DNA of 64,000 bases. Origin: Octopus sinensis (lineage: Eukaryota). This document shows positions 13,093-26,248 of the stretch, piece by piece; positions within the stretch are counted from its first letter, which is position 1; every line of letters begins with the position of its first letter. The notes beneath the pieces were generated by a model. That model was not told the origin of the DNA, did no database searches, and worked only from the letters and a program-made list of their open reading frames with translations. A program made the position numbers and the translations under genes. Location: positions 32,860,001 through 32,924,000 of the forward strand of contig NC_043007.1 of the NCBI RefSeq assembly GCF_006345805.1. The letters are read 5' to 3'.

Positions 13093-13130
13093 ACCACCAC
13101 CACCACCACCACCACTGCCACTACTACTAC

Positions 13131-14345
13131 AGGAACAGCATGCTTGCGAAGTATTGCAACAGGCTCTTCGTACTGTTTTAATTCACCAAATTTCACACAT
13201 AAACTTTGTTTGGCACCGAGGCCCCAGAAGGAAACATTGGCTCAAAGTGCCGAGCACAGAGATCGAAACCAGGAATAGCGTGTTTGCAAAGTATTGCAAC
13301 AGGCTTTTCGTACTGTTTTCGTTCACCAAGTTACACAAAGCTGTTTGACACAAGGTTTGCTCAATGTGCTGAGGTGAAGAATCGAACTCGAGACAGTATG
13401 ATTGCAAAGTACATGCGACGGGTTTTTTTAATATTGTTGTCGTCCACCAAATTCCACAACCAAGGCTTTCTTTGACATTGAGGTTTAAGTAGAAGACTAA
13501 CTCAAGTTGCTGAGCAGAGATATCGAACCAGGATCTGTATGGTTGCGAAGTACATGCGACAGGCTTCTGTACTGCCGTGCAAAAGGATCGAATTACGAAC
13601 AACGTGACTGCGAAGTACATGCGATATATTTACTGTACTGCCGAGCAAAGAAATCGAACAACGAACGGCGTGACTGCGAAGTACACGTGAAAAATTTCTA
13701 TGCTGCCGAGCAGAGAGATCGGACAACGAACGGCGTGATTGCGAAGTACACATGCGATAGATTTTTATACTGCCGAGCAGAGAGATCGAACTACGAACAT
13801 CGTGATTGCGAAGTATATGCAATAGATTTCTGTTTTACCAAGCCGTGAGATCGAACTACGAACAGCGTGATTGCGAAGTATACATGCGATAGATTTCAGT
13901 ACTGCCGAGCAGAGAGATCGAACTACGAACATCGTGATTGCGAAGTATATGCGATAGATTTCGGCATCGCCGAGCAGAGAGATCGAACTACGAACTGTGA
14001 TTGCGAAGTACATGCGATAGAATTTTTTGTCCTGCCGAATAGAGAGATCGAACTACGAACATAGTGATTGCAAAGTACATGCGACAAGTTTCTGTGTCAT
14101 TTCCACCTGCCAAGTCTTTCATACACAAGACACTCTCCGACCTCCAAGGCGACATTAGCCCCAGGTGCCGAGCAGAGAGATCGAACTACGAAGTACATAC
14201 GACATACGACATACGAAGTACATACGACAAGTTTCTATGTCATTTCCATCTGCCAACTTTCACACACAAGACACTTTCCAACCCCCCAAGGCTATAATAG
14301 GAGACATTAGCCCCAAGGTGCCGAGCCGAGAGATCGAAACAAGAA
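13131..14345. repeat. ~65-bp minisatellite with B-box-like core
   Basis: About 13 copies of gccgagcagagagatcgaactacgaac...gattgcgaagta. Spacing is ~65 bp between 13521 and 14047 and longer at the flanks. Confidence 0.9.
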
Positions 14346-14754
14346 CAGCCCAATTACCAAACGAACAGCTATCCAAGCCCGATATTCACTCGGTAGTTTG
14401 TCGAACGACAGACTTTAACTCACGGTTTTTAATCTCGTCCGTCTCTATTCGGAATTACATCTCCACCGGCGCAGACTTTACTTTTCATCTTTCTTGTATC
14501 AATACAACAAATACAAATCATTTATTGGGATCGATTTCATCGATTATGACCATTCCCTCGAGCATAGACGGGCAGCGTTCTTTATATTTGAATGCTGCTT
14601 TGAACTAAGTGTAATGCAATAAGGCAGCAATAAAGAAAATTATATTAAATTTACGAAAAGAAATGTAATTAGGACAGCTTTTATTGTGAAAATGTAATTA
14701 TAAATAGGAAAAGTCTACTTTAAAGATTTAAAACTAACCTTTTAATGAATTAAT

Positions 14755-14834
14755 ACATACATATAAACATACATATACATGTGCGCGTATATATATATAT
14801 ATAATATTATATATATATATTTTATATATATATT

Positions 14835-14891
<57 letters not shown>

Positions 14892-15014
14892 TATAATATA
14901 TATTTACATATATATATATATATGTATACATGCATATATATATATATATATGTGTATATAATATATATATATATAATACAATATAATATATTTTATATAT
15001 AATATATAATATAA

Positions 15015-15064
<50 letters not shown>

Positions 15065-15165
15065 TATATATATATTTACATATATATATATATGTATACA
15101 TGCATATATATATGTGTGTATATACATATATATATAATACAATATGATATATTATATATATATGT
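14755..15165. repeat. (TA)n-rich microsatellite
   Basis: Seen directly. Similar tracts lie near 17040, 25370, 26120, 29905, 45160, 49275 and 50230. Confidence 0.95.
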
Positions 15166-15414
15166 GAATTCGTTGTTTTTTGCCGTTTATTTTAAATCCT
15201 CTCCAATGTTATTTGATTTAACACAAAAAAATATTTCTATATCTCGTATTATTTTATGTTTTTTTTTTGTAGATCTATTCTCGATTGCAGATTTTGTTAC
15301 TCGTTTTCTTGAAATTTGAATAAATCTTGCTTCTTTTCAGATGTTTGACGATGGAGTAAAAAAAAAATAATAATAAAAAAAAAGAAATAATAAACGAACG
15401 AATTTATTCTCACA

Positions 15415-15640
15415 ACTGAACACACATAGCAATTGCTTCATCTTCACAGATGATTGACGTCTCCTCGTGTTTCCTCGTTGTCAATGCGCATTTGAAACTT
15501 TCCGTCCATGACCTCTTCAGATGACTATTCAGTCCTGTTGCAGATCTGCAATGTTTGAAGCATATGGGACAGCTGAAAATGGTTAACTTACTGTCTGCTT
15601 CCAGATCTGTACATGTCGCCATTCTTTCATCGTCCTCGGA
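15415..15640 (-). mobile_element. RTE-type LINE 3' end
   Basis: FSCPICFKHCRSATGLNSHLK resembles the C2H2-like terminal motif of RTE ORF2; a short RTE-like tail follows. Confidence 0.55.
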
Positions 15641-15804
15641 CTTTCAGCCGATGGAATGACAAATGATTTCACCGTAAAGAAACATCTGTAAGACATTGGA
15701 TTATAATGATAGACGCTTCTCCCTACTGACAGGCCGAAGCCTAATAACCAGTAATCACGTAAGACCAGGTTTTTACATCAGAGCATCCCTGCTTTAGATG
15801 GATT

Positions 15805-16725
15805 CTTATTTCTTTACTGCCCTCAAGGGGCTACACACAGAGGGAACAAACAAGGACAGACAAACGGATTAATTCGATTATATCGACCCCAGTTTATAAC
15901 TGGTACTTATTTAATCGACCCCGAAAGGATGAAAGGCAAAGTCGACCTTGGCGGAATTTGAACTCAGAATGTAGCGGCAGACGAAATATCTATTTCTTTA
16001 CTGCCCTCAAGGAGCTACACACAGAGGGAACAAACAAGGACAGACAAACGGATTAAGTCGATTACATCGATCCCAGTACACAACTGGTAATTAATTTATC
16101 CCGAAAGGACGAAAGGCAAAGTCGACCTGCGAATTGAACTCCGACGTAGCGGCAGACGAAATACCTATTTCTTACTCCCACAAGGGCCCCACACAGAGAA
16201 ACAACAGGACAGCAAACGGATTAAGTCGATTATATCGACCCCAGTACGTAACTGGTATTTATTTAATCGACCCCGAAAGGATGAAAGACAAAATCGACCT
16301 TGGCGGAATTTGAACTCAGAACGTAACGGCAGACGAAATACCACTAAGCATTTCGCCCAGCGTGCTAACGTTTCTGCCAGCTCGCCGCCTTAAAAACATT
16401 CTTTTCTACTCCAGGCACAAAGATTGAAATTTTTGGGGAGGGGGCCAGTCGATTAGATCGACCCCAGTATGCAACTGGTACTTAATTTATCGACCCTGAA
16501 AGGATGAAAGGCAAAATCGACCTAGGCACAAGGCCCGAAATTTTTGGGGAAGGCGGTCAGTCGATTAGATCGACCCTAGTACGCAACTGGTACTTAATTT
16601 ATCGACCTCGAAAGGATGAAAGGCAAAGTCGACTTCGGCGGAATTTGAACGCAGAACGTAAAGACAGACGAAATACGCTAAGCATTTCGCCCGGTGTCCT
16701 GAAGTTTCTGCCAGCTCTCCGCCTT
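15805..16725 (-). mobile_element. SINE family B tandem array
   Basis: About three ~183-bp units plus two head-bearing copies, all on the minus strand. Confidence 0.85.
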
Positions 16726-17369
16726 AACGCTACAATGACATTAGCATAACAATGGTATCAGATCTCCGGGAAATAAATCGGTTTAATTGCTTTCGTTACT
16801 CGAGAACTGCGTCTAACGTCATTAACAATGTTTGCTTCCGTATCAGTTGTCAAACCACAAACCTTATTAATAGAATCGAGGACACCTTCCAGGAATCACC
16901 GTACCGTTAAAAAGCTCGTTTTTTAACGACGTCCACGTGGCTGCGGGTTCAATCTCACTACTCGGTACCTTGGGCCAACCAATGCCTTGTGAGTGAATTT
17001 GATTGACAGAAACTGCATGGAAGACCGTGTGTGTGTGTGTATATATATATTATATATATATATTATATATAATATATATTATATATATATATATGTTCTT
17101 TTATTCTTTTGTTTTTATATTTATTTGTTTCAGTCATTTGGCTGCAGCTATGCTGGAGCACCGCCCTCTAGTCGAAGAAATCGATCCCAGGACTTATTCT
17201 TTGGAAGCCTGGTACTTATTCTATCGGATCTCTTTTGCCGAACCGCTATGTTACGGGTATGTAAACGCACCAGCATCGGTTGTCAAGCGATGGTGGGGGT
17301 ACAAACACAGACACACAAACACACACGCACACATGCACACACATATGCATATACATATACATATAGATG

Positions 17370-17401
<32 letters not shown>

Positions 17402-17410
17402 TATATGTAT

Positions 17411-17446
<36 letters not shown>

Positions 17447-17499
17447 ATAATATAATATAAATAATATATAAATATATGCATACATACACACATATATGT

Positions 17500-17705
17500 A
17501 CATACCTACATATATATATGTATATATACATGCATATATGGGTACAGGACATCAAAAAAACGTTGAACACAATGAAAAACGAAAACATAAAAACGAACGT
17601 TTTTTCAAACAACGAAAAATAACAGAGAAACAAGACATACAACATAAAGAATATTCCCCTTCTTCAGTTGTCCCTGTTTCATCTACTCCGCATAGCGAAG
17701 GTAAG
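17500..17705 (-). repeat. unclassified TA-flanked repeat (family G)
   Basis: Second copy at 34013-34200 (+): gcggagtagatgaaa..gacaactga(a/t)gaaggggaatattcttt...gatgtcc(c/t)gtacccatatatgcatg. Confidence 0.65.
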
Positions 17706-17879
17706 GACAAGACGCGACTTCGTTGTAACAGTCCTTCCCGCAGAGCAAATTAAATAAAATTAGAGATTTTTTGCGGAGGGTGAAAGTGGTAACAAGAACA
17801 GGACAGTGAGAACAAAACATTAAAAAACGCGATGAGGTCATTTAAAACGAAATTTCTACGGCGAAAAATGTTTACGGCC

Positions 17880-18280
17880 ATATTTCCTGTAACCAAAATA
17901 TCATTGCTGGGTATTTTCTTTGAGAGGAATTTTAGCTTTAAACCTTATTGATTTCCAAAACTTTCCTGGAACTTCAATCCTATGAACTAACGTTGAATTA
18001 TCAATATTTACCACTTCTATACCAAACAAGCCATTATTTTTTCTCAGATGTAGAGACAATAACACTCAAAACATCTATTCTCTTATCAGTTTCCATTAAT
18101 ACATAAAACCCTCCATAAATTTCAATGAGTAATCCATCAAATTGTTTTAGTTTGAGTTCACAGTTTTTAAACTTTGCTTTATTCAAATCCATCTAAAAAT
18201 TCTGCGGAATTATAGTTACCTGGCTGCCTGTGTCAACTTGTATCTTTACGATAACATTATTGGGTTTAACATCGATCGGT
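17880..18280 (-). mobile_element. decayed Ty3/Gypsy pol fragment (aspartic protease to start of RT)
   Basis: KIQVDTGSQVTII (DTG at 18226-18234), LKLKQFDG, NGLFG, FKAKIPLKEN; contains stops and a frameshift. Confidence 0.75.
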
Positions 18281-18826
18281 GTAGGATTTTTATGCCAATG
18301 TCATAAACACTCGCAGAATCTTCTCAATTTTTTATCCAATTTCCTAAACCATTTTTGTTGATTTTGTAAATCTACAAAAAAAAAAAAAAATGAAGGTAAC
18401 TGAAAAAAACACAACAAAGAAACCAAAAAAAAAAAATTTTTTTTCTGCTTGATTGTGATTATTTTCTCTCCACATTTGATGTTTGTTGAGATAAGAATCT
18501 GACTCTTTCAGTAATTATTAATGCATTTTGAGGATGAGTTGCTGACATTATCCCCGAGATCTTCTACCGTTACAATTCATTTCTTAAATTCCAGGCGTTT
18601 TAGCATTTTACCCGGATAGACACTTCTTGTAATATCATTATACCGCCTTTTGACAAAAATAAATCCACGACTTAATGGAGGGTGAGAGAGAGAGAACAAG
18701 AGATTAGAATTTATTGAGCGTGACTGACATAAACATTTTCTCATCATACACACAAAGAGAAATATTCTGATAGATACGATTGATAGATACTTATATACAG
18801 ACATGCAAACATCATACATACATATA

Positions 18827-20023
18827 TTGGATCATTCCATAAATAAATGCTTCTTTTATTTTTCAAAATTAAGATAAACAAAGTTCTTTTTTAATCTAAA
18901 ATATACTCTCCTTCATTTTCTACAATGCTCTTCCATCTACCTGGTAGATTTCCGAGGCCCCTCTCCCAAAATTCATTTGTCCGTGACGAAAAATACTCCT
19001 CCAGTACTAGTTTGGCCTTGTCTATAGAATTCATATTTATTCCGTCCAAATGGTTTTGAAGACTGTGGAATAAATGATAATCAGATGGGGCAATGTCTGG
19101 CGAATATGGTAAGCGGAGTATCGTTTCCCATTCAAACTTCTCCAACCTTTGGAATGTCATCCTCGCTGTATGTGGCTGAGGATTATCCTGATGGAAGAAC
19201 ACCTTTCATCTTGAAACCAAAGACGGTCGTATTTCTTCCAGCGCTGACTTAAGCCGCTCAAGCAGCTCGCAGTAGATATCCTTTGTAATCGTTTGGTTTG
19301 GGGTTAAAAGTTCAAAGTGGACTAAACCTTTCTTATCCCACCAAACAGATAACAACACCTTATGAGGGCGAAGACCTTTATCCTGGGGTGCCGGTGTTTC
19401 TCCTTTCCATACTCACTGTCTTCAGCGCTTGAGATTTTTATTGAGAACCCATTTCTTGTCACTAGTCACTATTCAGTCCAAAATAGGTTCACTCATGAGA
19501 CATGGCAGCAAAGAAAAGCTCACCTCCACTCTCTGTGCACGATTAGACTCGGAAAATTTATGAGGAACCCATTGATCTAATTTGCAGACTTTTCCGATGG
19601 CACGCAGGTGTCGATGAATGGTTGAATGACCAAATCCAAGCTTCTCTGCTAGTTCCTCAACAGTTACGATGGGATTTTGTTCCACCAGGGTTTTCAGGAT
19701 GTACGTTGACACTCATTCACGTTTATCGTCCGATCCCCATATACTGCATTAATATTCTTCGCACTTTCCGTTGCGTTGTTGCCTTTAATGAACTCATAAA
19801 GCAAAATATGTCGAATATGCCTCTTTGTCACTTCCATTATAGCTTTGAAAAAATAACTGTTAAAATTGAACTGCACTCTTCAAAACTTGCACTAAGAATA
19901 AGGAAAAAAGGGGAAAATTACTACCAGTTTTTATAGCAAGTTGATGCAAGTAGTTTATCCCATTCCCCTCCGACTTTTAGTTCATGCAATTGAAAAAACT
20001 GCATTATTTATGGGATGAGACAA
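18827..20023 (-). mobile_element. near full-length decayed mariner transposon
   Basis: TIRs ttggatcattccataaataaatgc and gcattatttatgggatgagacaa, with TA on both sides. Transposase pieces MEVTKRHIRH, WVPHKF, QDNPQPH and YSPDIAPSDY lie in three frames. Confidence 0.92.
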
Positions 20024-20310
20024 TATATACATGCATACATGTTTGCAAGTACACATGATACATACATGCATAGATACATACATGCATATATACATACATG
20101 CATAGATACATACATGCATATATACATACATGCATAGATACATACATGCATATATACATACATACATGCATAGATACATACATGCATAGATACATACATA
20201 CATGCATAGATACATACATACATGCATAGATACATACATACATACATACATACATACATACACACATACACACATGTATGCAGGCATACATACGTACGTA
20301 CATGCATACA

Positions 20311-20855
20311 TGGTGGCTGCCCCCTCGTCATCGAGGTATGGCCATTGCACGAAGCTTAATCAATGTGTTATCGGCAATGCCTGTGCAAGAGATTTTTTTA
20401 AAGTGAGGAAAGGCTGTGCACTGAGTCAATCCACACTCACTAAGCACAGCAGCCATTTCTGAAAGAAGAACAAGTCAACATCATCGGTACACTAAGCCGC
20501 AGGTTTTAACGGAGTTTTATCCTAGTTACCTGAGTTATTTTCTCCTAGAAGGATGCCCTAACAAGGCTAGGAGTCTTTTACTCCCAAGTGTAACCGCGTG
20601 ATCGGGTATTCAGTCCGATTATTTTTCATGTCCCCGCGCATGATACAACCTTAAGACATTATTGGATGCCGTTGACTCTCAAGAGTCCCTCCGCCCTTTG
20701 ACGGGTTTTGTTTTTCATGCCGTCTGGTGTGTCCAATATAAAACCCTCCTCACCAAGCAAGCTTGGTGGGGTTGCCGGTTTAGTCGCCGACGACCCGACC
20801 ATGCAGCAGGTTGTATTGGGTTACATGTTACCAGTAGCACTCAAAAGTGACCTGA
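20311..20855. repeat. unclassified ~550-bp interspersed element
   Basis: Second full copy at 43348-43902 with the same ends (tggtggctgcccc...gtgacctga) and a partial copy at 43047-43115. Both full copies are followed by (CATA)n. Confidence 0.8.
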
Positions 20856-21221
20856 TGCATACATACATTCATACATACATACATTCGTCCATACATACGA
20901 TCATACATGTACATATACATGCATACATATATACATATATACATATATGCATACATAACTACATGCATACATACATACATACATACATACGTACGTACAT
21001 ACATACATACATACATACATACATACATGCAAGCATACATACACACATGCATAGATAGTATATACATACATGCATACATACAAACATACATGTATGCATA
21101 CACACATACATACATGCATACATACGAACATTACATGCATACACAACACATGCTAGAATGTACATAATACATACATACATACATACATACATACATGCAT
21201 TCACGCATACATTCACACATA

Positions 21222-21321
21222 NNNNNNNNNNNNNNNNNNNNNNNNNNNNNNNNNNNNNNNNNNNNNNNNNNNNNNNNNNNNNNNNNNNNNNNNNNNNNNN
21301 NNNNNNNNNNNNNNNNNNNNN
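21222..21321. other. assembly gap (100 N)
   Basis: Run of N. Confidence 1.
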
Positions 21322-21711
21322 ATCAGCAGAAAGAATACGGTAATATTTTTGCGGAGACTGGTGTATCCAATGCTTCAGCAAAATTTTTTCTTCAGGGTAA
21401 AGCTGATAAGAGGGAAATAATAAGAAAGACAACGGAATTTTACATCCACTCAGTCTGAGAAGCCATATTTTTTACGGCTTCACTTAGTATAGATGAGGAA
21501 ATTTGTCGTAGGTTATTTTTTGTTCGGTAGGCACCCTATGGTCAAAGATATTGCAAGTGTTAACACGGCATTATTCAATATATCTTTTCTGTTTTCGAAG
21601 GTGATAAAGTGTGAACTTAGGGAATATTTAGCTACTAATTTTTTTCAGATCATGCGACTGCGTGAAGCAATTTGCTGTCGAATACAATATTGTTAGAAAA
21701 TTACTATTTGT

Positions 21712-22096
21712 GTGTGGAAGCACTCCATCGGTTACGACGATGAGGATTCCGGTTGATCCGAATCAACGGAACAGCCTTCTCGTGAAATTTACGTGTAAGT
21801 GAGCACTCCACAGACACGTGCACCCTTAACGTAGTTCTCGGGGATATTCAGCGTGACACAGAGAGTGACAAGGCCGGCCCCTTGAAATACAGGTACAACA
21901 GAAACAGGAAGTAAGAGTGAGAGAAAGTTGTGGTGAAAGAGTACAGCAGGGATCACCACCATCCCCTGCCGGAGCCTCGTGGAGCTTTTAGGTGTTTTCG
22001 CTCAATAAACACTGACAACGCCTGGTCTGGGAATCTAAACCGCGATCCTATGACCGCGAGTCCGCTGCCCTAACCACTGGGCCATTGCGCCTCCAC
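21712..22096 (-). mobile_element. SINE family C (tRNA-Arg-like head), full copy with 10-bp TSD
   Basis: TSD tactatttgt at 21702-21711 and 22097-22106; head tggcccagtgg...ggtttagattccc on the minus strand. Confidence 0.88.
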
Positions 22097-22303
22097 TACT
22101 ATTTGTAAATATCACAACGAGAGATATTCAGCAACAGTACTTTTGAGGAAAGATTATGTGCCAACATAACATGGCAGTCTTCGATTAGGACGAATGTTGC
22201 TGTAATATATCCCCAGGAGACATCGTCTCCAGATGGCTATACGACACGATCTGTGTCCTTATATTTTCGAACAAGGGAATCTATCACCCCCACTCAGCTC
22301 AAA

Positions 22304-22362
22304 ACAATATCTGTGTATCGCGATTTCCGGGTTATTTCCCTTCATCAGCACGGAATAATTGT
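22304..22362 (-). ncRNA. type I hammerhead ribozyme motif in pLTR-like repeat
   Basis: Minus strand: tccgtg-CTGATGA-a-ggg-aaataa-ccc-g-GAA-ATCGCGAT-A-cacaga; palindromic stem III, AUA site. Confidence 0.6.
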
Positions 22363-22539
22363 TCGGCTTAAGGTGAATTTTTTATTACGATAAATATTAT
22401 CAAACATAGAGGGGACAAAACAGGGCAATACAAACAATTATTATTATTGTGAGTTCGAATGATACCATGGTTTAAAAATTATGAATGATATACAAAATTA
22501 AAATTTTGACATTTTTGTTTTTAGACTTTAACCTGATGG

Positions 22540-22596
22540 ATCCCTCGTTGCTATAAATGTGACCAAAAAGGCCACATTAGAGCGGACTGCCAATGA
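22540..22596 (+). mobile_element. isolated CCHC zinc-knuckle remnant (gag/ORF1-like)
   Basis: IPRCYKCDQKGHIRADCQ* is an exact C-x2-C-x4-H-x4-C motif; the frame is closed by stops on both sides. Confidence 0.6.
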
Positions 22597-22999
22597 AAAG
22601 TGACAGTGCTGAAAGAGTATGTGTGGAAGACCAGAATGCAAGGACTCGTGACGGGATCCTTCATCTCTGACCCTAGTTTGCTGCACTACAAAATGTGTGC
22701 TTGAATATATCTATTGAGAAAGAATACGGCACTTCAGTGGGAATGTGTATTTCAATCTTTTTAGATAAGGGAATAAAAATATCATCCTGTTTGTTTCTCA
22801 ACATCTTCCTTAAATAGTTCTCCACTTGGGTAAGTCTTATTTGTCCTTGCGGCGGCATTCGCCCAGCACGGGTTGAGCCGGCTCCGACAACCAATTCATC
22901 ATGTCCTTCACAAATACTGACCATATCCGTCAAAATTTGACATCTATTTCACTACTTGATTGATACCATATTTTATCGATTACAAAGGATGAATGACAA

Positions 23000-23345
23000 A
23001 GCTAACCTCAACGGTATTTGAAATTACAATGGTAAGAGACGAAATAAATGCCGTTAAGCATTTTGTACGACGCGCCAAAAATTCCGCCAGCTCGCCGCCA
23101 TCAGCTTTAAAGAATTACCATAACCCAAATATCAGTTTAAGATTTTGGAACGAGACTAGCAATTTCTGGGAGAAAGTAAGTCGATTATATCGACCCAGTG
23201 CCCTGGTACTGATTTTATCGACCTCGAAAGGGCGAAAGGCAAAAATCTACCTCCGCTAGCTTTGAACTCAGAACGTAAAAACGGACGAAATGACGCTGAG
23301 CATTTCGCTCGAAATGCTAAGGATTCTGTCAGCTCGTCACCTTAC
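23000..23345 (-). mobile_element. two diverged SINE family B copies
   Basis: gcattt(t/c)g...ccagctcgccgcc heads and gtactgattttatcgacc body. Confidence 0.7.
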
Positions 23346-23520
23346 CTTAGCCGAAATATTAAGAGTAATTTCTCCACTGATCACATCAACTAAGCTTATT
23401 TATACGTAGAAACTTTTTTGGATTTTGTAGGCCTGGTGGTGGTAAAGGCTTTCATTTGAATCTATTTTGTAGTAACTGGTTAATTTACAAGGTTAATTTA
23501 CTTCATTTTCCTTCGTATAC

Positions 23521-23623
23521 TCCGCTCGTTCGGCATTCTCCGCTCGTTAAGTATTCTCCGGTCGTTCGGCTTTTTCCGCTCGTTTAGCATTGTACTCTCG
23601 TTCGGCATTCTCCGCTCGTTCGG
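23521..23623. repeat. 18-bp minisatellite, ~5.7 units
   Basis: tccgctcgttcggcattc units starting at 23521, 23539, 23557, 23575, 23593 and 23611. Confidence 0.9.
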
Positions 23624-24092
23624 GATTACAATAGCATAATCCTTGTTTGGTGGATTACTTTAAGCATTATCTCACGGTGGTCCTTCAAGCAAATTCTCTT
23701 TTGCCTTATAGATTATAAGCACAACTTGGTATCACGATCTCCCCTTCCTCCTCCTCCTCCTTCCCCTCATCATCTACCTTTTCTTTCTTTTTCTTTCCCT
23801 TGCTCATTGTTTCAGATAATCCTCCGACTAAAAAGTACGGTATTGAAAGAAAGGGAGAGGCACGTAGAAAGAGAGAGAGAGAGAGAAACAGACAGACAGG
23901 CAGAGAAAGAGAGACAAAGAGAGAGACAGAGAGAGATATGGTGTATGTGCATGTGTGTGTATGGATACATAATTTCCAGCACACTTCTATGAAAAAGTCA
24001 CAGACACAATAAACGCACGAAGACAAATAATCCTTACAATGGCAAGAGCGACAGTGAAAGGGACATAGGTAACCAGCCATCTAGTAGATGGA

Positions 24093-24248
<156 letters not shown>

Positions 24249-24264
24249 GTCTGTCTAATATTAT

Positions 24265-24568
24265 CGACAGTGGTGAAATTGCGTTCGTCCCTCTGGCCGA
24301 TAACTGATGAGAAGTTGGTGACCTGTATTTTTGTTCGCCTGTGTATTTAGTATATTTTTCGTTCGTTTATTTACTCCACGTTTTTCGAATTATATATATA
24401 TATTTAATAATACCAGGGTAATAAATATTTTAGAAATATTTATTACCAGTGGCCTAGCGTATAAAAAATTATTCAATAGACCATATATTATCAATATAAA
24501 ATACAGTGTACATTTAAACACACTAAGAGGTCTCCACCACAGGACTCCCTTGCGCTGTTCCTTCTAGC

Positions 24569-24570
<2 letters not shown>
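24265..24570 (-). mobile_element. family E repeat (pLTR-like), between (ATCT)n and (TA)n
   Basis: Homologous to 59745-60050 and, over tacagtgtacatttaaacac..ctaagagg, to 44521-45145, which carries a hammerhead. Confidence 0.6.
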
Positions 24571-24599
<29 letters not shown>

Positions 24600-24606
<7 letters not shown>

Positions 24607-24906
24607 ATCACGTGACCAACCAGACCATCAGATGTTGTTACACATCGCTGGTCACAATGCGTTCGCATTGTTTTTTAGCCTTCGAATGACGCCACCCCGC
24701 TGGCTAAGCGAGTAGGCCAACAGAAAAAAAATGGGAGAAAGAGTAGTGAAAGAGTACAGCAGGGATCACCACCCCCTGCCGGAGTCTCGTGGAGCTTTTG
24801 GGTGTTTTCGCTCAATAAACACACACAACGCCCGGTCTGGGAATCGAAACCACGATCCTGCGACCGCGAGTCCGCTGCCCTAACCACTAGGCCATTGCGC
24901 CTCCAC
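24600..24906 (-). mobile_element. SINE family C head with a different 3' portion
   Basis: Head and first ~150 bp match 21712-22096, then diverge to a ...gatggtctggttggtcacgtgatcacgtga end next to (TA)n. Confidence 0.7.
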
Positions 24907-24939
24907 ATATATATATATGTGTATGTATATATATATATA

Positions 24940-24980
<41 letters not shown>

Positions 24981-25371
24981 GTATACACATATTCTGAGTT
25001 CAAACTCCGCAGACGCCATCTTTGGCGATTGTTATTCTTGGAGATTGTTATATTTTGCAAATTAAAGAGGAGACACATGAATGAAGAGATAAAATGTCGT
25101 TGAACAGGTTACAGAATGTTTGACGAAATATCTTTTACTAAAATAACGATAAATAAAGCTGAAAATGAAGATCATATATAGTGCGTGTTTATCTGGCAAA
25201 ATATGACCATCTACAAGTACACCAAAACACACACACATATATATATATATATTATTCACACACACACATATATGCACACATATGTGCACACACACACATA
25301 CACACACATATATATATACATATATATATGTGTTTGCGTGTGTGCGTCTATGTGCATATTGTGTGTGTGTG

Positions 25372-25435
<64 letters not shown>

Positions 25436-26122
25436 TTTATGTATATATGTATCTAAAACATACATACATGCAAGGAAGAAGTTGCATAGAATATATATTA
25501 TATATATATCTATATATATATATATATACACTTAATTTTTTCCATACATATTACAAATATCAGAGTTTCTACTCATAGATAAGTAATGAAGTGCACGCGT
25601 CGTTTCATTCTCATTTGAAATCGTCAGCATGACATAACCCGAGGCAAGTAAATTAAATTAAATTCAACATATTACGAAGTGAGATATTTCTTATACGAGA
25701 TTGAATATAATTACAACTAGGAGACAGTCAGGGAATGTGTGTTTTCCATTACATTTCTTTTTTTCTTCTTTCCCCATACATCATTACTATTTCAGAAATT
25801 GAGAGAGAAAAAAAAAGAAGTAAAGTTTCTACATACAGATTAACTGTCACCAGGGAGATCTAACTTGCATTGGGTGATCTTCTTTGCAGTTACAGCTTTG
25901 GTATCGACTGCGAATGAAGTTCACCAGCTGTTTTAGGTGTCTTCTCTAGTAGTTATTTAGGCATGAACTTTCAGCTGCCATTCCATGGCGTTTAACTTTC
26001 GTTATGTATTGAAATATAGACATCACTTCGTAAACATATCACGGTGATCCCTCAGCCATTCACTGACAGTAGGAATATATACATATACATACATTTATAC
26101 ATTACATACATACATATATATA

Positions 26123-26193
<71 letters not shown>

Positions 26194-26248
26194 ATATATA
26201 TATATATATATGTTCGCCAAGAAACTGCTACATTAACCGATACCGATA

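Noticed and set aside
13131-14345. CRISPR-like regular repeats and Cys-rich repeat ORFs
   Set aside because: The sequence between repeat cores is itself repeated, there are no cas genes, and the context is eukaryotic. The ORFs are by-products of the tandem unit.
14520-14605. Minus-strand FKAAFKYKERCPSMLEGMVIIDEIDPNK* with a Walker-B-like VIIDEID
   Set aside because: A stop follows almost immediately, and there is no Walker A or supporting exon.
24290-24340. CTGATGA in family E (also 59992, minus)
   Set aside because: No stem II/GAAA/stem III follows, and it is antisense to the family's real hammerhead orientation.
25585-25635. Minus-strand CTGACGA...GAAACGACGCGTG hammerhead-like motif
   Set aside because: The cleavage position is G, the first stem II pair is U-U and stem I is mostly unpaired. 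At best a dead relic.
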